Both the position numbers and the translations under genes were made by a program. This document shows positions 54,822-64,000 of a stretch of 64,000 nt of DNA, piece after piece. The notes below the pieces were generated by a model. That model was not told where the DNA came from and did not search any database. It worked only from the letters and a program-made list of their open reading frames with translations. How positions within the stretch are numbered: the first letter of the stretch is position 1; every line of letters starts with the position of its first letter. The stretch comes from Eledone cirrhosa (Eukaryota), in the NCBI GenBank assembly GCA_964016885.1, contig OZ024741.1:51150001-51214000 (forward strand), given 5' to 3'.

Positions 54822-56145
54822 CATCTGAAAATACTAACTACACACCCACAATCAGCAAAATACCTTCTAACTTAGGTAAATTAAATGAAATATCTAGCAC
54901 TCATCAGGCCGGTCATATCATTGAAAATATACCTGCAACCACCCCAACGCCAACCAACCTTACGCAAACAAACCTAATGTCTCTCAATTCTGTATCCATA
55001 ATACTCAATATCCTCAATTAGTTGCATTACCAACGAAATAGACACCAATACAAGCAGTGATACCATTAATGATAGTAACAAAAATAATAGTAATAACATA
55101 AATAATCTCAGATTATATAACACATCCCAAACAGATGCAACTGAAGAATTAAATCTAACTGCCCCCTTAATGGCAATTGCTTAATTAGTAGTATAGTATA
55201 TATGTATGTAAAGTAATTACTAAGGACACTACACAATCCTACATAGGTGCTATCTCTAATTAATTTAAGAAAAGGTACTAGTCGCATACCCATTCTTTTA
55301 AAAATACTAATTTAACTAATACCACCTCACTAGTAGAAACTATTAACAATTTTAAAATGAATAATATAACATACAACCTAAAAGGGAGTGTCCTAAAGAG
55401 AACTAACTTGTATCAAGGTGAAAGAAGGGAGTGCCAATTATGTTCTCAGGAACTGTTCCAGATCATGAAATCTAAGGATAAGTTACTAAATAAAAATCAG
55501 GAATTAATTATTTCATGTAATCATAAAATCCTGAAAACCTTTAAATACTATAAACCCACCTAATACTTGAAATCACTATGGTCATAATTAGTTTCTCCAA
55601 CCAAATGAGACATAACTAGAAATAATAACATATTCTTACTCAAATAATCTACCTATAAAATGAATGTCGGTAATTAATTAAATCAACATTAATCTGATCC
55701 TTCTAAAGTGGATATAGTATTTCCTCATTTCAATAACACTATTGACTCCTAAACTAATCAAAATAACTTACAATCTAACTAACCAAATTGACTTAATGAA
55801 AATCATATTCTTCTATCTAAACTCGAATAAATATTCAAAAGCAATATTAAAATTTAAATACAACTTAAATTACCATGCATTAATATCACCTAACCTGAAA
55901 TAATTTTAGCCTTGAAAATGTTATACCACTCAATATTTCCCATATTGGAAATACACTTCACCTGTTATTTCTATATGACTTACAAATTAACCCAAACAAC
56001 CTCTATAATTAGCGCAAACTTCTTCCTCTATCCAAACTTTATTACCAATCCTAAACCAGCATTGGATTTGAAAAATAATTTTTTCTTACTATATAAGTAT
56101 TTATGTATACACATATAACCCGGATTAAGAAACAAGGTATGTTAC
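54822..56145 (+). mobile_element. second copy of the GIY-YIG PLE family at 13870-16610, without the SINE insertion
   Basis: ORF 55357-55563 is nearly identical to 14499-14705; shared 3' UTR. Confidence 0.9.
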
Positions 56146-56149
56146 ATAC

Positions 56150-57740
56150 GAGAACAGACTCCACTGTTGCAATAAAAAGCAAAGAATGTGATGAAAAGGA
56201 TGCTGGTCCTCACAAAATACAACCAGGTGTCATAAAACGATGTAATTTTGATGACATCATCCTAATATTCCCCAACAAACTGATCATTGACACCTTGAGA
56301 CTCTAATTCTTCTACGTAGACCCTGGGGAATAGCGAAGTCTCTCATCTGTCGTCACTAAGGTCATAAACGAGCGGATATTGGATCATATTGAGCCAAAAC
56401 TTGAACCGCTACATAGAACAAACCAAAATAGGCTACATGCTGGACAATGGCACACAACAGTGCCACTCGTTTTGGCACTTAGAAGAATAATTGAGGCTGT
56501 CCAATGAATTTACAAAGATCGCATGTTGTAATACGAATCTGTAAGAAACAGTGGGCACCAGGGGCCTCGTTTGCCTTAAAAATGTGAGGGGGACAAACCA
56601 ACATTTGTTGGTTCTTAAAGGATAATGTTAGTATTTCTTATGGTGCCTTTCCCGGACCCTACCACATAAGTAACATTTTACGCTAATTAAATTTTATATA
56701 TTCAAATGAAGTTCAGATATAAAAAAAGAAGCTTAAAAAGAATTTATTATATAAAATAAACAAAAAATAAAACATAGACGTTTGAAAAAATGTGGGGAGG
56801 GGACTTGTCCCCTGGTAACCCCCCCCCCCCCCCCCCGAAACAATGCCCTTGGTGGACACTATACGTTAAACAGTGGATATACGGCTTATTGTTGGAACAA
56901 AAGAAAAGCTGTTATAATATTTGTTGATCTGAAGAAAGAATTCAATACTGCACATCGGGTGAAAATGCTTTGCATCCTCAAAGATTATGGTATACTGCCA
57001 AATTTTCTAAATGTTATCAAAACCATGTGCATGCATAGTTCCGTAACTCTTGAGGAAGTCGGTGGGGCGCCGTATTGACATACGGCGTTTCTGGGCATTT
57101 TCTTCTTAAACCTGGCCCAATCCATCCCTCTCCAGGACTGAATACAGCAGACTTCTTCCAGAAACGCATAGAGAGAGTGATAGAATGGAAGTAAGAAAGA
57201 AATATAGAGAAAGAATCGGTCCCAGTACTTGACTGGTACTTTTTTTTATCAGCCTGGAATGGATGAAAAGCAAAGTTGACCTCGGCGGAATTTGAACTCA
57301 GAGAATAGAAAGTCGAAATAAATACCGCAAGCATTCTATCTGGCGATCTAACGACTCTGCCAATTCGCCACTATAGCAAGTCTATGTATGAAAACACAAA
57401 TGCCATGGTAATTCCACCTAATAGGGAGACTGATTTCATCGAGATAGTCAATGGTGTTTTGTAGGGAGACATCTTAACCTCATACCTCCTATGTGGGATT
57501 ACGTTGTTGTGTTGAGGACGGAAAACAGCTTGGTTTCAACTGGGGCGAAGGAAAAACAGAATTTCATCAATTATTGTAACGGATTTCGACTTTCCTGACG
57601 CTGTTAGAATAATTTCCCATCTTCAAATATCTGGGTTCTTGGACAGAAAGCAGTAAAAATATATTTAGATGAGAAAGTAGCTTGCTTGATCAGCATATCA
57701 CAAAAGAATATAGACATCATGGATTAGCAGAAAGAAAACC
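56150..57740 (+). mobile_element. old RTE-clade LINE RT remnant with nested insertions (SINE at 57215-57370, minus)
   Basis: TKVINERILDHIEP, LALRRIIE, IIFVDLKKEFNTAHR..YGI, MYENTNA.V, GVL*GD.L, DFDFPD. Confidence 0.75.
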
Positions 57741-58738
57741 ACATTTATATATCCTTTGTGATCCTGCTTCTATGTTTGTACTCATGAAGAAGGGATAAAG
57801 CCCGACACGTCGAACTTTGTTTCCCCTTTTTCATATAAAGCGAGAAACTAATAAGACTTTTTGTATCTCTGCTTGTTGTTTCCTTGAACGATATATATAT
57901 TGTTGAATTCAACTACTATAGGCTTTCTGATGAAGTGTAATAAATAATTAAGTATTGCATATGATTGAACAATATATATTGTAGTCAGCATATGTAGACA
58001 ATTTATAATAGACACGGAAACATATGTCAAAGCAAATAAATTCATAATTCCTTCACGCCGACGTTATATTATACATACATACATACATACATACATACAT
58101 ACATACATACATACATACATACATACATACATACATACATACATACATACATACATACATACATGCATACATACATACATACATATGACTATATTGATAT
58201 AATATAAATTTTCCGATGTAAAATAATTTCGCTTTTACTATAAGATGCAAAACTGACATCAAAGTTGTATAGGAGAATAATGATGTTTGTGATGATGATG
58301 ACGACGACACTGACGATGATGAAGTGGATGATGATAATAGTAGTGTGGTGGTGGTATTTATGATGATTTTTACGGTGTTGTTGTTGTTGTTGATGATGAT
58401 GATAATAGTGTTTTCTTCCTGAAAGTCTCGAAAAAGCCATAGAAATGAATTTACTAAGTTCGTGTATCTCAGCATATTTGTACACATGTGTGTATGTATC
58501 TGTGTGTGTATGTACATTGTGTATATATGCATATATGCATATATGTATTTGCACGCACTAATGTATGTGCCGATGTATGTGCGTTTATGCGTATGTATGT
58601 ACGTACTTATATATATATATCTGAATGTATGATCCAAAGTATGTTTGCATGCATCTGTGCATGTATATGTGAATGTACATGTATATACAATATATATATA
58701 TATAAATGTGTGTGTTGTACATGTGTGTGCCTGTGCGC

Positions 58739-58787
<49 letters not shown>

Positions 58788-58808
58788 TGCGCACAGGCAC
58801 ACACATGT

Positions 58809-58841
<33 letters not shown>

Positions 58842-58984
58842 CGTACGCCTATGCGTATATATGCATGTTTGTATGCACATGTATGTATATATGCATGTAC
58901 GTATGTATCCATGCATATGTATCAATGTAAATATATATGTATGTCCGTATACATGTATGCATTTAAGTAAGTATGTATTATTAT

Positions 58985-61052
58985 CTCTTTCTCTTAATTT
59001 CGAGTATATTTTTTTTGACCGGCCACCTTCCTGGTGGCAAGGTTGTAAAAGAAAAGAAATTGTCATCCCTTGAATCGCAAGAATGTTTTGCAAATTTTGA
59101 AGGTGCCAGCTATCGCAGCCATTTGTAGACTATGAATTAGGGAGCTGCGCTCTTTGTCCGCAAATCCAAGTTCAGTTATACATTGGTCCAAGCGGGTTGG
59201 TATATAACCCGTAGCTCCAATAAGGATGGGTATCAAGCTAAAGGTGTATCTTGGATACTGGATTTGTAAACTCCTCATCAATGGCCCTTATTTTTCTGAC
59301 AACGTTTACATCAAGTGGGCAGCTGATCTCCACAACAGAACACGTTTTCAATGTGTGATCCCAAACAACAATATCAGGCCGGTTGTGCTTTAATTTGGTG
59401 GCAGTTTTTATTTTCAGGTTCCACCAGTATTCCTTGGTGTCATCTGTCTCAATATATTCTTCCTCGTTTGTTTTCAATTTTGTTTTCCGAAGTGCTTTCC
59501 AGATGGTTCTAGCTATCACATCGTGTCTCATGAGGAGGTAGTAACGAGATGACATTCTTTCGCAGCTGGCAACAATGTGGCTTACATCTTCGATCTTTGT
59601 TTTACATAGCCTACATTTATTGTCAGCTGATGGCCCTCCTCCTTTGTGCAGCAGATATTTGGTAGGGAGTTCTTGTTCCTCTATTGCATAGAGATATCCC
59701 TCAAGGTGTGATGTCATAAACTTGTCGGAACTCCATGCCAGGCTTTTTGAGTGGTTTATCCCCTCTATGGTCTGTGTTTTACGTTTCAAGTATCCGTGCA
59801 CAACTTTTTCTGTAAATTGGTCAATTTGGTCATCTTGTTTTAACATTGAATAGGATCTTCCGATTTCTCTGGGTGAGAGACTTATATCAGGCTTATTTCC
59901 ATATCTCTCCTCCAGATCAGTGGCTATCCTAATGATATTTTTTTCTTCATGCTCATAAACCTGGGCAAGATGGTTGCCAACCTTTTCCTCTGTTGAAGAT
60001 GTTGCTTCAGTGTTACTATCCGGGTCTCATATGATGTTAATATGGATTTTAGACCCCGGCCACCTTCCTTGCGTGAGAAGTATAGCCTATCCACATCACC
60101 ATTGATGTTAAAGTTCCCAGTAACACTGAGAAGTTTGCGAGTTCTAACATCCATCTCACTTAGTTCTTGCAATGACCAGTTCAGCAGGCCAAATGTTGGC
60201 GTTAGAATTGGCACAGCATAAGTATTGTGGGCAATGTATTTGTTGTACGCTGACAGTTCTGATGACCATATTTTCTTTACTCTTCTGAGGTATTCAGTTC
60301 TGGTTCTCTCCTTATTTATGGGTCCATCATATCTGACATTCTAATCCTGTCCAAGATATCTGTAGTTGTCACCTGACTGTAGAGGTTGTATTGTCAGGCC
60401 GTTCATCTCTAGATTTCTAGAGGAGGGCACAACTCTTCCACGTTTTACTGCCAAATATGCACACTTGGACTCACCAAATTTCATTTTGATGTCTGTTAAA
60501 AATTGTGTAATGAGGTCCAATTGTTTCTTGATGTCATTGATATCTGGCCCATACAACTTCAGGTCATCAACAAAGAAAAGATGGGAGATACTTCTGGACC
60601 CACTTCTTTGTCCACCTTGTTTCCTGAGTAAGTAAGATAGTGGATTTAGTGAGAGAACCAAGAGTAGCACTGACAAGCTATCACCCTGAAAGATACCCTT
60701 TTGGTAATGTATCTTATCAGTCTTAACTGGCTCCTTCTCACTTCTAAGGATCAAATTGGTGTACCAGTTCTTGGTCAGACGTTCAACAGCAGCTACCAGT
60801 GGTTGTGGGACTTTGGCTAACTGTAAAGCCTTAACAATCCACCCATGAGGTACACTATCAAATGCTTTTTGATAGTCCTGCCACACCACAGTCATGTTTC
60901 TGCGATTCTTTGTTGTTTTTTCTTGAATCATTTTATTAGTTAGTAGGTGATCTATGCAACCCCACACCTCCCTCTTTCCATCAGCTTGCTCAGGTGTTAT
61001 AATGTTGTTGGTAGCACAGTGATCCTGTAAGAACAGGTTAAGGCACCCAGTA
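58985..61052 (-). mobile_element. R4/Dong-like RLE non-LTR retrotransposon, 5' truncated, few disablements
   Basis: YQKAFDSVPH, GIFQGDSLS, HLFFVDDLKLY, YRYLG, RLY.SRKEGGRGL, CRLC..EDVSHIVASC, RHD, NRPDIVV..VEISCP, IGATG. Confidence 0.92.
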
Positions 61053-61152
61053 TATAATTTATACATGTATTTATGTATGTATGTATGTATGTATGTATGT
61101 ATGTATGTATGTATGTATGTATGTATGTATGTATGTATGTATATATGTATGT

Positions 61153-63750
61153 CAGGTCACCAGTTGGTGCTACTGGTAACATGTATTCCAGTACAACCTG
61201 TCCCATGGTCGGGTCGTTGGCGACTAAACTGGCAACCCCACCAAGGTTTCTTTGGTGAGGAGGGTGACTTTGGACATCCTGCAGGACTAAAAACAAAACC
61301 TGTCAAAGGGCAAAGGAGCTCTTAAGAGTCAATGGCCATCCAAAATCACCGGGAGAGATGACCCCTTAGCCTTTGTCAAGGCAGAATTCTAGGAGAAGGA
61401 AAACTCTGATATAACACCTGCAACTCTGATGGTATCCAATGATGTTGACTTGTTCTTCTTTTTGGTAAATATCATCTTGGTTAAGAGAGTGGGACTGGCT
61501 TTGTGCACTGCCTTTGCTCACTATAAAAGCTTCGCGGCACAGGCATTGCTTTATATCTGGAGATCTCTCTGCACTTGTCGTCACATGGTACCATGTACAC
61601 TATGTGTCAATAATTGTCACAAGTGTAGTGTTTGTACCAGAGTTTTCAAGTCGCTGGCTGGACTAAAAGTCACACTCGTTCAGCACATCGGTAGAGGTTC
61701 TCCTACATGGATATAAAGTAGTGGCCGTACTCGAAAACGAGTTGGCAGCGACCACCATGTATATATGTATGTATTTATATACGTATGCATGTATGTATGT
61801 ATTTATGTATGTGTGTATGTATTTATGTATGTATGTCAGGTCACCAGTTGGTGCTACTGGTAACATGTATCCCAGTACAACCTGTCTCATGGTCGGGTCG
61901 TTGCCGACTAAACTGGCAACCCCACCAAGGTTTCTTGATGAGGAGGGTGACTTTGGACATCCTGCAGGACTAAAAACAAAACCTGTCAAAGGGCAAAGGA
62001 GCTCTTAAGAGTCAATGGCCATCCAAAATCACCGGGAGAGATGACCCCTTAGCCTTTGTCAAGGCAGAATTCTAGGAGAAGGAAAACTCTGATATAACAC
62101 CAGCAACTCTGATGATATCCAATGATGTTGACTTGTTCTTCTTTTTGGTAAATATCATCTTGGTTAAGAGAGTGGGACTGGCTTTGTGCACTGCCTTTGC
62201 TCACTATAAAAGCTTCACGGCACAGGCATTGCTTTATATCTGGAGATCTCTCTGCACTTGTCGTCACATGGTACCATGTACACTATGTGTCAATAATTGT
62301 CACAAGTGTAGTGTTTGTACCAGAGTTTTCAAGTCGCTGGCTGGACTAAAAGTCACACTCGTTCAGCACATCGGTAGAGGTTCTCCTACATGGATATAAA
62401 GTAGTGACCGTACTCGAAAACGAGTTGGCAGCGACCACCATGTATATATGTATGTATTTATATACGTATGCATGTATGTATGTATTTATGTATGTGTGTA
62501 TGTATTTATGTATGTATGTCAGGTCACCAGTTGGTGCTACTGGTAACATGTATCCCAGTACAACCTGTCTCATGGTCGGGTCGTTGCCGACTAAACTGGC
62601 AACCCCACCAAGGTTTCTTGATGAGGAGGGTGGCTTTGGACATCCTGCAGGACTAAAAACAAAACCTGTCAAAGGGCAAAGGAGCTCTTAAGAGTCAATG
62701 GCCATCCAAAATCACCGGGAGACATGACCCCTTAGCCTTTGTCAAGGCAGAATTCTAGGAGAAGGAAAACTCTGATATAACACCTGCAACTCTGATGATA
62801 TCCAATGATGTTGACTTGTTCTTCTTTTTGGTAAATATCATCTTGGTTAAGAGAGTGGGACTGGCTTTGTGCACTGCCTTTGCTCACTATAAAAGCTTCA
62901 CGGCACAGGCATTGATTTATATCTGGAGATCTCTCTGCACTTGTCGTCACATGGTACCATGTACACTATGTGTCAATAATTGTCACAAGTGTAGTGTTTG
63001 TACCAGAGTTTTCAAGTCGCTGGCTGGACTAAAAGTCACACTCGTTCAGCACATCGGTAGAGGTTCTCCTACATGGATATAAAGTAGTGGCCGTACTCGA
63101 AAACGAGTTGGCAGCGACCACCATGTATATATGTATGTATTTATATACGTATGCATGTATGTATGTATTTATGTATGTGTGTATGTATTTATGTATGTAT
63201 GTCAGGTCACCAGTTGGTGCTACTGGTAACATGTATCCCAGTACAACCTGTCTCATGGTCGGGTCGTTGCCGACTAAACTGGCAACCCCACCAAGGTTTC
63301 TTGATGAGGAGGGTGACTTTGGACATCCTGCAGGACTAAAAACAAAACCTGTCAAAGGGCAAAGGAGCTCTTAAGAGTCAATGGCCATCCAAAATCACCG
63401 GGAGAGATGACCCCTTAGCCTTTGTCAAGGCAGAATTCTAGGAGAAGGAAAACTCTGATATAACACCTGCAACTCTGATGGTATCCAATGATGTTGACTT
63501 GTTCTTCTTTTTGGTAAATATCATCTTGGTTAAGAGAGTGGGACTGGCTTTGTGCAGTGCCACTTGTCATCAAATGGTACCATGGGCCCAGCAGCACTAT
63601 GTGTCAATAATTGTCATAAGTGTAGTGTTTGTACCAGAGTTTTCAAGTCGCTGGCTGGACTAAAATGTCACACCCGTTCAGCGCATCGATAGGGTTCTCC
63701 TACATGGATATAAAGTAGTGGCCGTACTCGAAAACGAGTTGGCAGCCACC
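61153..63750 (+). repeat. 4 x 683-bp tandem array of the RTE-derived non-autonomous element plus (TATG)n spacer
   Basis: caggtcaccagttgg at ~61153, 61837, 62520 and 63203; ORF-track offsets of 683; the last copy has an internal deletion. Confidence 0.97.
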
Positions 63751-63789
63751 ATCTATGTATGTATGTATTTATGTATGTATGCATGTATG

Positions 63790-63820
<31 letters not shown>

Positions 63821-64000
63821 TCTTTCTTTTAACTTATTTGAATTCTTTCTATAAAGAACTGGTTTCTACTAAAGAAACAAAGCTTCATCGCTGGAATCTG
63901 TTTAATGATGGTTTCTGATTTAGGCACAAAACCATCAATTTCGTGGGTAGAGGGAAGTCGATTAAATCTGCCCCAGTGCGTTACTGGTACTTTGTTTTAT

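Noticed and set aside
61366-63663. Repeated 60-108 aa ORFs in the 683-bp units, including QCLCREAF as a zinc finger
   Set aside because: They are short, occur on both strands, lack the second ligand pair, and recur only because the DNA is repeated.

Overview
This is eukaryotic, AT-rich, microsatellite-saturated DNA with no convincing host gene. The SINE sequences and the (TA)n/(TG)n/(TATG)n load suggest an octopod cephalopod (inference). It is almost all transposon debris: a GC-rich CRE-like RLE retrotransposon (1-2191), a near-intact Penelope element with an inverted pseudo-LTR (23345-25969), two copies of a second GIY-YIG Penelope-like (PLE) family, CR1, RTE, Tx1/L1 and R4/Dong LINE fragments, decayed Gypsy elements (one with a perfect tRNA-Trp PBS), mariner/Tc1/Tigger and Helitron-like remnants, and many tRNA-derived SINEs. 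The strongest hidden signal is RNA structure. About 19 type-I hammerhead ribozyme (HHR) motifs from many unrelated PLE pseudo-LTR families can be read by eye. They include (i) HHRs with 40-75 nt domains inserted in stem II, (ii) a recurrent non-canonical core C(A/C)GUUGA with stem-II covariation, and (iii) small fold-back mini-elements in (TA)n tracts whose inversion breakpoints mostly fall inside the ribozyme. Other notable items are a 1.57-kb 60/66-bp tandem array with one open 540-codon frame, and a 4x683-bp tandem array of an RTE-derived non-autonomous element with a possible HDV-like 5' fold. All calls were made by eye; boundaries are approximate except for the ribozyme motifs.
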